From an uncultured Desulfovibrionaceae bacterium (lineage in GTDB: Bacteria; Desulfobacterota; Desulfovibrionia; Desulfovibrionales; Desulfovibrionaceae): a stretch of 64,000 nt of DNA. Numbering within the stretch: the stretch's first letter is position 1; each line of letters starts with the position of its first letter. Location of the stretch: positions 33,285 through 97,284 of the forward strand of contig CALUUT010000068.1 in the NCBI GenBank assembly GCA_944324045.1, read 5' to 3'. A program made the position numbers and the translations under genes. The notes under the pieces are model-generated. The model saw only the letters and a list, made by a program, of their open reading frames with translations, was not told the origin of the DNA and searched no databases. Below are positions 1 through 9,582 of the stretch, piece by piece.

Positions 1-2813
1 GCCGCATCCGGGACAGGTGCGGGGTTTGCGGCGTCTTGCTGTTCTGAAAGAGCGTTCGCCGCGGCATGTCCCGCGTCAAGGGACTGGTCGTCGGCGGACG
101 CGTTCGCATCGTCCGCGGCAAGCGCGGGGTCGACGCCGGCGCTTGAGCCTGGCGCAAACTGGGCGTTTTGGTTCAACGGAGGAATGTTTTCCACGGCGCT
201 GCTTGCAAGCTTGATGGGGTTCACGCCTGGAAATGGGTTCGGAAATTGAATTGATTTGGCGTTTTGCACCATGTTGTCATAAAAGGAACTGATATCCTTG
301 GCATGAATCTGGTTCACAATGGGGATGCCCGCGCTTACGAGGAAAGGCCAGATAGTCGCGGTGGGGAACATGCCGGTGAGAAGCTCCACGGGGGTAAGAA
401 GTTTGGCGGGCATAAGCGCCTTGCCGATGACGAGATTTCTGTGCGCGGCGACGTCCATCTTGACGGCCTTGAGTTTGATGAGCGCTTCTGTTTTGTTGGC
501 GGCGTCCGTGCCGGCAATGGACGCCTTAAGCCCTGTCAATTCGATTTTTGTCAGGCTGTAGGCGAGAAGCGCTCCGTCCAGCGACGCATTCAGCATGAAA
601 TTTGTTTTGAATGAGAGCGAATTCGAGGTGACGCTGGCGCCGCACGCCTTGATATCGACTCCGATTTGTCTGGTCAGATTCTCCATTTTCTGGGTATTGG
701 TCACGGTGTTGACCATGCGGACAAGGGATTGCTCCGTATAAGTGTTTGCGACTTCGTCAGCGTGCGAATCCGTGGCGCTCATGAATATGTTGGCCCCTTT
801 CATGTCGATGGCGGTCGCGGCATGCCCTTTGAACACGGCGTCTGTGGCGCAGGTCGTATTGGCGAACGATTCCGAAAGCCAGTAGTCGTCTTTGGCGGAA
901 AATTCCATGCTTTTTGCCGTAAGGCTCCTGTCGCCGCCGATATCCTCAATAAGATTGTCGGCGACGGAGAGTCTGATATCCCCGGTTACATTCAGGGTCT
1001 GGTCGCCGTGGATGGTCGCATTTCGATTTTGTTTTGTGGATTGGGCGCTTGCGCCGCTTGTTTTCTCGATGCGATTTGCAGTTTGCACCTTAAGAAAGTA
1101 ATCGCCGCCGACAAACCGGTACAATCCGTTTGTTTTTCCGTCATAGGACCCGGCGCCGGATACCACGGTATGCCGTTGTCCGCTCAGAAAATCGGCATAT
1201 GTGTTGGGGGTGGATTTCAGCACGCCGTAATTGGCTCCAAACCAGCCATAGGCGACAAGGGTTTCGGTATCGGGGTTGTGCATCTCGATGCGTTCCCTGC
1301 CGCTTAAATCCTCATACAGAATGCTGTTGTCGGCGATGGAGACGATTTTGCCCTGCGAAGGATTGTTTTGGGTGCTGACGCTTATATTGCGCGCATTGGG
1401 GAGCGCGCATTCGATATAGGGACGGTCCACGTTGCCGCCGGTGAAGCCTATGGCGACTTCCGTGCCTTTAAGCAGGGGAAAATGCATCCCGTTCCGGCTT
1501 CCCGCATAGGGTTGGGCCATGCGCACGAAACAGGAGGCGCGTCCGCGGGGAAAGGCGAAATTTTCAAAGGGAAAGGACACCTTGTACCGTCCTTCCTTGT
1601 CCAGTTCCGCATAAGTTTCGCCCTGTTCCGCATCCACGACGGCCTGGATGACGCCGGCGATTGTGGGCACAGGCGTTTGCAGCGGGGGACGGTACTGCGT
1701 GGCGGCCGGAATGCATGCAAATTCGCTCCGGCAGGCCGGCTGCTTTTCCAAAAGCAGATCGCCGAATCCGCTCATGGACAGGATATCGGCAAGACGTCCC
1801 GACTGATCGCCGCAAAGCCGGGCTGAAGTAACCATATAGGCGGCGTTGAAAGCGGCGTTCGGGTGGGTGCGCAGGCTGAAGGTCCGTCCCGGCATGAGCG
1901 CGGCGCTGTCCGCTTCGCCCTGAAAGACGCGCCGCCCGGCGTTTAGCTGCTCGGCGCGCATGGTTGCGATGAACGCCGCTTCATCCGGGGAGCGTAAAAA
2001 TTCATTGAACAGATAGACGTCGCCTTTGCCTTTTGCATCCACAGGACGTTTTGCGGCGATGGTCAGAGAGGGCGTATCCGGATTGAAGTCGCGCACGCGC
2101 AGGGACTGCGGCAGGAGCGTTTGCCGTGATGCAAAGCGGGATATGGTTTGGCCCGCGTTGCGGTTCAGTCCCTGTCCGGAGTGAAAGGTGAAGGTTTCAG
2201 GAACGGCGGAAGGGCCCGCGCCCTGATGCAGGGCTATGAGGGTTTCTCCGTTTTCCGTATGCTCAAAATAGAAGAAGACGCCCAGATATTCCATCCAGCG
2301 GGCGCAAAAATCATAATTGCTTTCATTATACTGGCAGATATGCTGCCGCTTGAAGTCCAAAGACGAGAGCGCGGAGAAATCCCATGCGTCGGCGTCAAGT
2401 TCAAGGCGCTGGCACAGTTCGGGAAAGATTTCGCGAATCGGCTTGCCGCCCAGAGGGTTGTCCTGGTCGTTTCCAAGAAACAGGCGCGTGTAGAGTCCCT
2501 GGCGCATTTTCGTAAAGCGTGGTTCAAGCGTGGCCCGGTACAGCCGCCAGCGTTTTGCGGTCCGTTCAAGGGACAAGCCGGTCACCATGCCGCTGCGGAC
2601 GGAAGCCGCCGCGCCGTCGGCCGACGTGATGGAAAGCGTTCCCTGCCGGCCGATAGCGGCGTCGCAATCAAGTTCTTCATCGGACAGAAGCAGAATATCG
2701 AACCGGTACAGCGCGGAGAGCGCCTCCGTGCCGCTGAAGCGGATGGGAAGGAGCCTTTCCCGACATCCGCTGATGCGAAAGGCCAGTTTCTCAGTGTTGG
2801 AATATATGTCCAT
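1..2813 (-). CDS. vgrG: VgrG/TssI-like spike protein, paralog C; C-terminus runs off the left window edge (at least 937 codons)
   Basis: Absent from the ORF track because it has no in-window stop. From ATG at 2813 (GAGG 6 nt upstream) the minus strand stays open to position 1. I checked the frame codon by codon at 1-300, 600-630 and 1300-1320 and by translation elsewhere. The product starts MDIYSNTEKLAFRISGCRERLLPIRFSGTEALSALYRFDILLLS. It contains YDFCARWMEYLGVFFYFEH and GMHFPLLKGTEVAIGFTGGNVDRPYIECALPN, colinear with the two neighbouring VgrG ORFs. Plus-strand ORFs 666-1307, 1368-1826 and 2148-2909 are its antisense shadows. Confidence 0.85.
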   Translation of the reverse strand, partial: MDIYSNTEKLAFRISGCRERLLPIRFSGTEALSALYRFDILLLSDEELDCDAAIGRQGTLSITSADGAAASVRSGMVTGLSLERTAKRWRLYRATLEPRFTKMRQGLYTRLFLGNDQDNPLGGKPIREIFPELCQRLELDADAWDFSALSSLDFKRQHICQYNESNYDFCARWMEYLGVFFYFEHTENGETLIALHQGAGPSAVPETFTFHSGQGLNRNAGQTISRFASRQTLLPQSLRVRDFNPDTPSLTIAAKRPVDAKGKGDVYLFNEFLRSPDEAAFIATMRAEQLNAGRRVFQGEADSAALMPGRTFSLRTHPNAAFNAAYMVTSARLCGDQSGRLADILSMSGFGDLLLEKQPACRSEFACIPAATQYRPPLQTPVPTIAGVIQAVVDAEQGETYAELDKEGRYKVSFPFENFAFPRGRASCFVRMAQPYAGSRNGMHFPLLKGTEVAIGFTGGNVDRPYIECALPNARNISVSTQNNPSQGKIVSIADNSILYEDLSGRERIEMHNPDTETLVAYGWFGANYGVLKSTPNTYADFLSGQRHTVVSGAGSYDGKTNGLYRFVGGDYFLKVQTANRIEKTSGASAQSTKQNRNATIHGDQTLNVTGDIRLSVADNLIEDIGGDRSLTAKSMEFSAKDDYWLSESFANTTCATDAVFKGHAATAIDMKGANIFMSATDSHADEVANTYTEQSLVRMVNTVTNTQKMENLTRQIGVDIKACGASVTSNSLSFKTNFMLNASLDGALLAYSLTKIELTGLKASIAGTDAANKTEALIKLKAVKMDVAAHRNLVIGKALMPAKLLTPVELLTGMFPTATIWPFLVSAGIPIVNQIHAKDISSFYDNMVQNAKSIQFPNPFPGVNPIKLASSAVENIPPLNQNAQFAPGSSAGVDPALAADDANASADDQSLDAGHAAANALSEQQDAANPAPVPDA

Positions 2814-2820
2814 GAGCGCC

Positions 2821-5193
2821 TCATGATTTGTTATACAGTCCGCACAGTTTCAGCATGGCGACCGCCGCCTCGCCGTCGTTGGGAGACAGTTTGGCCTTTA
2901 CGCCGATGAGTTCGATTTTAAACAGGTCTATGTCCTTTTTCACGCCGGCAAGGGCCACGCGCGCCATGTTTATGGCGATGTTCGTCATTTCCGCGCTGGC
3001 GGCCGCGCCAGTGACGGACACATTAAGACCGATGCTTTTGCTGGTGTTCGTTCCGCTTTCTTTGTATTTCGCCGCATTGACGTCCATATTGAAGAGCGCG
3101 GAGGTGGTCCATGCGCCTGACGGAGCGCTCAGGGACATGTTGGTCGTGGTTTTGCTCAGCATCCCGGAGGCGGACGCCGTGATTTTTTGAGCGTTCAATT
3201 CCAGGTCTTTTTGCTTGAATACGGCGTTTGCCGCGGTTTTCAAGGTGATGAAGGTCGCCGCGTCCGCAATGAGGGTTTGGGACAGAGTAATGCTTTTGTT
3301 TCCGCCCACTGTTTCAAGACCGTATCCCGCGAGAGTCTCCGTCTGAATGGATGCGGAGCAGGTTGTGCTTCTGTTGCCCATGCATTCCTCATAATCGTCA
3401 AGATCAACCGTGTGCCCGACATCGCCATCCGTTGTTTCACTGAAGTTTCCCTGAATGCGCTCGTCCCGGTCGCCTTTGATTACAAGCATGAAGTCGCCGC
3501 CATTGATATCCTCGCGATGCAGTCCGACCGTATTTTGTTCCATATGTCCGCCCACGGACAGGACGTAGCATCCGCCGGTTCCCGTATTTTCATAAACCCC
3601 CTGCCCTGAGCAGACGGTTTCGCCGTTGGGCACGGTTCCGTATTGCACGAGAGCGCCGGTGGGCGCGCTTGAGAGCAGAAGATGCTCCGCGCCTTTTTTG
3701 TCTTCAATTTCAATGACGTTTTGTTTTAGGCTCGTGACGACAAGGGAGGTCTGGTTTTTGTCTGAACGCGGGCTTGGCGTGGCCGGGTTGGGAATGGCCG
3801 CGGCGATGTAAGGCCGGTCGGGATGCCCATTTATGAAGCCGAGCATGACTTCGGCGCCTGCCGGAAGCGGAAAATGCATGCCGAATTTGTTTCCGGCGTA
3901 GGGCTTGCCCATATGCAGCAGACAGGAGGCTTTTCCGTCGGCATGATCGCTTATGTCAAAGGGAAGCCGCACCCGGTAGCGTCCCTGTTCGTCGAGTTGC
4001 GCGTATTCTTTGCCGCCCTGGGTTTCCACATGGGCGCTGAGAACCTTGGCGATGCGCGGCCATGGGGTCGCGCGTTTCGGGCGATATGGCGCGTTCGCGT
4101 CAAGACAGATGAAACGGTTGGCGTATACGGACGCGCTTTGCGTCTTGCGCGAGCCAAGATCGGCCTTTAAAAAGCGTATGATCTGAGCGGACTGATCTAT
4201 TTCATGAATGACGGACTCCACGCGAAAAGAGGCGTTGAGCGCGTCGTCCGGGTGATCGCGCAGGGCGAATATTTGACCCGGACGCAGATCAGGCGCGGTT
4301 CCCGCGCCTTCAAAGAGCTGTTTCCGGCATAAAAATTCTTCGCCGCGCCGCTGAGCGATGAAGGCGGCCTCGGCCGCTGTTTTGACATGTTCGCCATAGA
4401 AATAGCATTCTCCGCATCCTGCGGGCTCAACCGGAAATACGGCCATGATGCTTTCGTCCGGGCGCTCCTGGTTGTAATCGCGCACCAGAACCTGCGTGGG
4501 CGGGATGACGCGGCGGCCGGAAAAGGCATGGATGAATCCTTCGCGTCTGGGTTCGAGGCCGAAATGTTCGGAATAGGGAAGAGGATGCGCAAGGACGCCG
4601 GATGCGGCGTTTTCGTCCACAATCAGGATATCTGTTTCTGAATCATGGTCAAAATAAAATGCCGCGCCCAGAAATTCCAGCCAGCGGGCGCAGAAGTTGA
4701 AGAAGCTTTCCTCATACTGGCAGACGTAACGGCGTCGGAATGTTCCATCCATTCGCCGGAAATCGAAATGGGCGTCGGGCAGCCCGCCTTGCCGCGCCGC
4801 TTTGACAAGAATGTCCCGGACAGGGGTTCCGGGGTTGGCGTCGGACTGGTCCGCATCAAGAAAAACCTGACTGTATTCCGTGAGCGTCAGCAGCCAGGCG
4901 TGGGGACGCAATTCCAGCTCATAAATGAAACCCGTGGGCGTGCGTTCCAGTTCGGCAAAAGCGGCCGTCACGCCGTGCCGGCGATGTTCCCGGCCTTCGT
5001 AATCGGTGAAGAGCAGCGTCGCGGGATGTCCAAGCGGAAGGGAAACGTCCACGCGCTGTTTTGCATAGAGGATGCAGCGAAATACATATAAAGAGGAGAG
5101 CGCTTCTTCTCCATGAACGCTGACGACCGAGAACCTATCCCTGTCGCCGTCGACAAGGATGACGCACCGGATATCGTTGGAATAAGCGGGCAT
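2821..5193 (-). CDS. vgrG: VgrG/TssI-like spike protein, paralog B
   Basis: 795-aa ORF 2821..5208. The maximal start is TTG; the ATG at 5193 has AAGGAAA upstream. gp27-like N-terminus (FSVVSVHGEEALSSLYVFRC, FNFCARWLEFLGAAFYFDH). gp5 OB-fold motif GMHFPLPAGAEVMLGFINGHPDRPYIAAAIPNP. Repetitive beta-helix-like C-terminus. Confidence 0.88.
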   Translation of the reverse strand: MPAYSNDIRCVILVDGDRDRFSVVSVHGEEALSSLYVFRCILYAKQRVDVSLPLGHPATLLFTDYEGREHRRHGVTAAFAELERTPTGFIYELELRPHAWLLTLTEYSQVFLDADQSDANPGTPVRDILVKAARQGGLPDAHFDFRRMDGTFRRRYVCQYEESFFNFCARWLEFLGAAFYFDHDSETDILIVDENAASGVLAHPLPYSEHFGLEPRREGFIHAFSGRRVIPPTQVLVRDYNQERPDESIMAVFPVEPAGCGECYFYGEHVKTAAEAAFIAQRRGEEFLCRKQLFEGAGTAPDLRPGQIFALRDHPDDALNASFRVESVIHEIDQSAQIIRFLKADLGSRKTQSASVYANRFICLDANAPYRPKRATPWPRIAKVLSAHVETQGGKEYAQLDEQGRYRVRLPFDISDHADGKASCLLHMGKPYAGNKFGMHFPLPAGAEVMLGFINGHPDRPYIAAAIPNPATPSPRSDKNQTSLVVTSLKQNVIEIEDKKGAEHLLLSSAPTGALVQYGTVPNGETVCSGQGVYENTGTGGCYVLSVGGHMEQNTVGLHREDINGGDFMLVIKGDRDERIQGNFSETTDGDVGHTVDLDDYEECMGNRSTTCSASIQTETLAGYGLETVGGNKSITLSQTLIADAATFITLKTAANAVFKQKDLELNAQKITASASGMLSKTTTNMSLSAPSGAWTTSALFNMDVNAAKYKESGTNTSKSIGLNVSVTGAAASAEMTNIAINMARVALAGVKKDIDLFKIELIGVKAKLSPNDGEAAVAMLKLCGLYNKS

Positions 5194-5217
5194 GGCGTTT
5201 CCTTTCAAGGTTGCGGA

Positions 5218-7599
5218 CTAAAGGTCCAGTTTCATCAGGAACTGTTCAAGGGCGGCGCTGTTTGTTTTTGTGTCGGTCGCCGTGAGTTCCAGGTTCATGA
5301 AATTGTATCCGGCTTTTTGACCGAGCAGCTCGACTTTGAGCGCGTTGGCTTCAATATGAGCAAGTTTTGAGGACGCGGACGCGCCTTTCATGGACAGCGC
5401 CAGTCCGCTGGTCTCCGTCTTGGCGGCAGAAGACAGGGAGAGTTTGAAAACCTGCGCCAGCAGATTGACCGTATAGTCGTCCGTCTTGCTGAGCGCTTCG
5501 GCTTCAAAGCTCACGGCGTTTTTCATTTTGAACAGACAGGTTTCGTCCAGCGAATCTCCCGCTTTTACGGACGTTGAGGCATTTGAGGAACAGACCGCGT
5601 TTCCGGCCGCCTGTATCGTGATTTTGGGGGCGGTCATCTCAATGCCTGTTGGGGCCGTAATCGAGAATACGCCCCGCACGGTCTGTTTTTTATAGGTTTT
5701 GCAGGTTTCAAAATATGAATCCGCGGCAAGGATGGTTTCGTTGCCGCCGACTTTGAGCTTTCTGTTCTGTCCGATTGCGCTTGAAAAAACGCCGCCTACG
5801 ACGGATTCCCTGTTCCCTTGAACATCCAGCGTATAGTTGCCCGCGACGCTTTCCGAACGCGGCCCGGCCGTCACGCTGTTTTCATAGTTTCCGGAATGGA
5901 CGCGCATGATTCTGTCCTGACCGGCCGCTTCAAACATGCCGGCTGAAACTTCCTGAGCCATATCCGCCTGAGTGGCGAGCATGATTCCCCGCTCAAGCGC
6001 TCCGCCTTTGCCGAGAAAGGGATTTTTAAGGCCGCCTTCCATGCTGTTGCGGCCGATTTGGAAGGTCGTGGCCTGGACCGGACAATGAAAGTGAATGTGC
6101 CCAAGCCCCTTTTTGTCGTCGATGCGCACAAGGGTTTGATTTAAAGAGCGAATAACCAGTTGGGTTTGATTGTCTTCCGTGACGGGACTGCGGGTTTCCG
6201 GGTTGGGTATGGCGGCATGAATATAGGGGCGATCCGGATCCCCGTCCGCGAACCCGATCAAGACCTCTGTTCCTTTTGTCAGAGGAAAATGCATGCCGTT
6301 GCGGTCTCCGGCATAGGGTTGGGCCATGCGCAAAAAACAGGATGCCTGTCCCGCGTTTCGTCCGGATTCGTCAAAAGGCATGACGACTTTATACCGTCCA
6401 TGCTCGTCAAGCTCGGCGTATTCTCCGCTGCCCGCGGCGTCGATCTTGGCATTGAGCGTGCCGATGACTTCAGGCCAGGACGTTTTTCGTTCCGGCCGGT
6501 AGACGCGGTCCGCGCGCACGCAGGAAAAATCGCACAGATAGGCTTCTTCGCGTTGCGCATCCGCGTATTCCGCCGGGATATCCCCGGCGAGAAATGCGGT
6601 TTGGGACGCCTTGTGCCGCACGCTCGTAATAAGATACGCCTGGTTCAAGGCGGCTTTGGGGTGTCCGTTTAACAGGAACACATGGCCGGGGCGCATTCCT
6701 GTCAGCGTGCCTGAGCCGTAAAAGGTCTGTTCCTGAGCCGCAAGGGCTTCGGCGCGTCGGGATGCGATAAAGGCGGCCTCGTCCGGGGTTCGCGGGTCGT
6801 CGTCATAGATATAGACGACGCCGCGTCCTTGCGGCGAAACCGGCGACTCCGCCCGAAGCAGCAGGGTTGGTTTGTCCGGGTTGTAATCCTTGATCATGAC
6901 CTTGCCCGGAACCTGACGCAGATGTTCGACGAAGGAATAAATGATTTCATGCTCATGGGACGGCAGACCGGATTGCTCGCGAAAGGGCCGCTCGTCAGGG
7001 GACAGGCGGGGCCAGTTTCCGTCGTCGAGCGCAATCAGTTTATCCGTTCCCGAAGAATGGTCGAAATAATAGGCCGCTCCCAGATATTCAAGCCAGCGCT
7101 CGCAAAAATGCATATGGCTTTCGCGGTATTGGCAGACATAGCGCCGGCTGAACGCGCTTCGAATGCCGGAAACGTCAAAGAAGCGCTCCGGCAATCCCGC
7201 GCTGGTCACGGCTTCGCGCAGTACGTCGCGAATGGGCGTGCCCGGCTCATCCATGGATTGCCCCGGAGACAGAAAAATCCGGCTGTCTTCAGTAAAGGCG
7301 AGCGGCCGCAGGTGGGAAGAAAGCTCAAGTTCATACAGCGCGCCATTGTGCGACGCATGCAAAAGGCCGAAGGACGTCACCATTCCGTGATAAAGGTGTT
7401 CCTGGGCGCGATTGCAGGAGAGAACGCGCAAGACGGCGTCACGCCCGACAAAGGAATCCGGCGGTATGTCCGGTTCGCGGCTGAAGGCCTGGATGGAAAA
7501 GGAAAACAGTTGTGAAACGCCTTCGCCGCCCGTGAATCTGACGACAGTAAGCCGGTTTTGCACGCCGTCCACGTCCAGAAAAAAACGCAGTCCTTTCAT
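5218..7599 (-). CDS. vgrG: VgrG/TssI-like spike protein, paralog A
   Basis: 802-aa ORF 5218..7626. The maximal start is TTG; the ATG at 7599 is preceded by AAGGAAAAGGGG. Motifs LTVVRFTGGEGVSQLFSFSI, MHFCERWLEYLGAAYYFDH and GMHFPLTKGTEVLIGFADGDPDRPYIHAAIPNP. Confidence 0.88.
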   Translation of the reverse strand: MKGLRFFLDVDGVQNRLTVVRFTGGEGVSQLFSFSIQAFSREPDIPPDSFVGRDAVLRVLSCNRAQEHLYHGMVTSFGLLHASHNGALYELELSSHLRPLAFTEDSRIFLSPGQSMDEPGTPIRDVLREAVTSAGLPERFFDVSGIRSAFSRRYVCQYRESHMHFCERWLEYLGAAYYFDHSSGTDKLIALDDGNWPRLSPDERPFREQSGLPSHEHEIIYSFVEHLRQVPGKVMIKDYNPDKPTLLLRAESPVSPQGRGVVYIYDDDPRTPDEAAFIASRRAEALAAQEQTFYGSGTLTGMRPGHVFLLNGHPKAALNQAYLITSVRHKASQTAFLAGDIPAEYADAQREEAYLCDFSCVRADRVYRPERKTSWPEVIGTLNAKIDAAGSGEYAELDEHGRYKVVMPFDESGRNAGQASCFLRMAQPYAGDRNGMHFPLTKGTEVLIGFADGDPDRPYIHAAIPNPETRSPVTEDNQTQLVIRSLNQTLVRIDDKKGLGHIHFHCPVQATTFQIGRNSMEGGLKNPFLGKGGALERGIMLATQADMAQEVSAGMFEAAGQDRIMRVHSGNYENSVTAGPRSESVAGNYTLDVQGNRESVVGGVFSSAIGQNRKLKVGGNETILAADSYFETCKTYKKQTVRGVFSITAPTGIEMTAPKITIQAAGNAVCSSNASTSVKAGDSLDETCLFKMKNAVSFEAEALSKTDDYTVNLLAQVFKLSLSSAAKTETSGLALSMKGASASSKLAHIEANALKVELLGQKAGYNFMNLELTATDTKTNSAALEQFLMKLDL

Positions 7600-7723
7600 G
7601 CCCCTTTTCCTTATCCTTTTGTCCAATCAAGCGTCTTTTTTCATGGAAAAAATCTTTCCGCCATTTGCGGCGCCGCCGTTGAGGGCAAACCGCGCTTCAC
7701 CCGGTTTTTCATATGTAAAACGC

Positions 7724-7927
7724 TTATACGGCGCCCAGCGAAGCCAGAAGCGCCGTCATCCATTTTGAAAGAGCGCCCGTGCCCAGCAAAAGAGGCAGCG
7801 AAACCGCCAGAAACCAGCCCAGCATGACCAGCGCCCAAAAGGAAGAGGAGACGCGAAGACGCCGGCGTGTTGCGCCGCCTCGGGCGAGTTGCTGTTCCTG
7901 CCCTGATGTTCTGACCAGATATGCCAT
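7724..7927 (-). CDS. small hypothetical membrane protein (67 aa) upstream of the vgrG array
   Basis: Internal ATG at 7927 of ORF 7724..8005, preceded by GGAGGTG with a 6-nt spacer. Hydrophobic stretch FWALVMLGWFLAVSLPLLLGTGAL. No recognisable family. Confidence 0.35.
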   Translation of the reverse strand: MAYLVRTSGQEQQLARGGATRRRLRVSSSFWALVMLGWFLAVSLPLLLGTGALSKWMTALLASLGAV

Positions 7928-8247
7928 TGCGCGCACCTCCATTTTCTGTTTTTCGGCTTTGAATGAAATATGCTCCTTAAGGCGATGTCCTTGCGGACTA
8001 TGCATGGTTTTTTCTCCGGTTTCATGAAGAAGACGTGTCCGTTTGGCGAAAATATGAACACGCGAACGCCGGGTCGGGAACGTTTGTATTTCGCAACAGT
8101 TTTTTATGAAAAAAATAGGTATGCGGCCAGATGACGAAAAAACGACGTTGTTTTGTCGAAAAAAAACGTCATGCTTAAAAGCGGCATGGCATAAAGAAAA
8201 GAGCGACGCGTATCAGTTCGTTTTTTTATCAGCCGGGAGAATCATCC

Positions 8248-8784
8248 ATGATGCAAACGCAAGTTCTGTCGGAAGGCATGGCGCAGGCGATATTCGCATG
8301 CGCCACGCGGGAGAGCGCCTTTTGGAAGGCCGCGGACATGATTGCGGAACAAGACGGCGTCCAGGCGTGCATTATCTGGCGCATCGACGGATATGAAAAT
8401 GCAAAGACGCCGCGGCTTCGCTGCATGGCGACTTCGGGAACGATTTTTTCAGTGGAAGATATTGCGTCCCGTCCGGCCATGCCGGCGGAGCGGGAATGCC
8501 TTGATCATGACGCTGTCCGGCGTTTGTCTGTGCCGGAACTGGGCGCGTTTGCTCCGCGTTCGCCGTCTCTTTTGGAAAGCGTATGCCTTGTCTGCGCCAT
8601 GCCGGATGGGAATGAGCCGTTTGGCCTGGTCCATGTGTACCTTGGCCCCGCGGTCATGCCCGCTTTTGAACGGTTTGCCGGCCTGGCTCGTGAAACGGGC
8701 GCGCTGTTGGGATGGAGCGAACGTCTGCGCAGCGACGTGGAGCGCATGGATAGAATGTTTTCCAGCGCGTTGCGCATGATCTGA
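8248..8784 (+). CDS. hypothetical protein (possibly GAF-like fold), divergent from the vgrG array
   Basis: 178-aa ORF with GGGAGA 7 nt upstream of the ATG. No firm motif recognised. Confidence 0.5.
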   Translation: MMQTQVLSEGMAQAIFACATRESAFWKAADMIAEQDGVQACIIWRIDGYENAKTPRLRCMATSGTIFSVEDIASRPAMPAERECLDHDAVRRLSVPELGAFAPRSPSLLESVCLVCAMPDGNEPFGLVHVYLGPAVMPAFERFAGLARETGALLGWSERLRSDVERMDRMFSSALRMI

Positions 8785-8797
8785 GCGTTGTCTCTCC

Positions 8798-9214
8798 GTG
8801 CGTGCGCGGCTGGTTTTGACGCGAAAAGCCCGGCGCGCCGGTCAAAGGCGCGCCGCCGGACAACAAATCCGCCGCGGGAGTCGTCTTGTGAACGTCAGGG
8901 GAAAAGTCGTGTTTATTGTCGCGTTGTTTGCTGTCATGGCGGCGACTGTGTCGCTTTATTACGGTCTGGGGCGCATTGCGGCCTGTTTTTCTCCGCACCG
9001 GGAATGGCGTTGGGGGGCCTGGGCCTTGCTGTCAGGCTTGCTTTTGGCCCTGTCCTATCTTTTGTATTTTGCGCGGATGCCGGAACATACGGGAGAAGCG
9101 ATTTTTTTGAACGGGCTGCTTGGATTTTATACGCTGTTTACGGTCGTATTCTCGATCATGACCGTTTATTCGCTTGTCTGGCGTTTTATCCAGCGTTTTT
9201 TTTCACAGGGATAA
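8798..9214 (+). CDS. hypothetical integral membrane protein (true start probably an internal GTG/ATG)
   Basis: 138-aa ORF with 3-4 hydrophobic segments (VVFIVALFAVMAATVSLYY, WALLSGLLLALSYLLYF, LLGFYTLFTVVFSIMTVYSLVW). Followed by the hairpin terminator at 9271-9310. Confidence 0.5.
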   Translation: MRARLVLTRKARRAGQRRAAGQQIRRGSRLVNVRGKVVFIVALFAVMAATVSLYYGLGRIAACFSPHREWRWGAWALLSGLLLALSYLLYFARMPEHTGEAIFLNGLLGFYTLFTVVFSIMTVYSLVWRFIQRFFSQG

Positions 9215-9270
9215 CCCTGGTTTTGGCAGAGGGCCGGCCATGAGGGCTACGGGAATGACCGGTTGCATGG

Positions 9271-9310
9271 AAAAGAAAAAGCGGTCTGTCTGAAACAGAC
9301 CGCTTTATAT
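9271..9310. terminator. bidirectional intrinsic terminator
   Basis: A-run, then gcggtctgt / ctgaa / acagaccgc, then a T-run. It serves the plus-strand membrane-protein gene and the minus-strand tRNA pair. Confidence 0.75.
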
Positions 9311-9313
9311 TTC

Positions 9314-9390
<77 letters not shown>

Positions 9391-9405
9391 AGTTAGGCCA
9401 TGACG

Positions 9406-9481
9406 TGGTGGGCGGTGTAGGGCTCGAACCTACGACCCTCGGCTTGTAAGGCCGATGCTCTGCCAATTGAGCTAACCGCCC
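9406..9481 (-). tRNA. tRNA-Val (TAC)
   Basis: The reverse complement reads GGGCGGTTAGCTCAATTGGCAGAGCA TCGGC CTTACAA GCCGA ...GGTTCGAGCCCTACACCGCCCACCA. Anticodon UAC. Confidence 0.95.
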
Positions 9482-9582
9482 TGAAGCCTTCGTCCTCGTC
9501 ATCGCGAAAGTGTTTTCAACATATTTGAGGGGCTTTTGTCAACCTGTTTTTTTTAAAATGTGCACTATGCTTTTTTATCGTG

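Noticed and set aside
666-2909. Plus-strand ORFs 666-1307 (213 aa), 1368-1826 (152 aa) and 2148-2909 (253 aa)
   Set aside because: They are antisense shadows of the unlisted minus-strand vgrG paralog C. Equivalent shadow ORFs (3823-4170, 6160-6672, 6829-7515) lie opposite the other two vgrG genes and even share peptide motifs (KMH..S.IGLGHA..TGG). This shows they mirror the conserved VgrG sequence.
7756-8061. 101-aa minus-strand ORF overlapping the small membrane ORF in another frame
   Set aside because: It has no SD and a Arg/Cys-rich composition. The alternative frame has a proper RBS and a TM segment.
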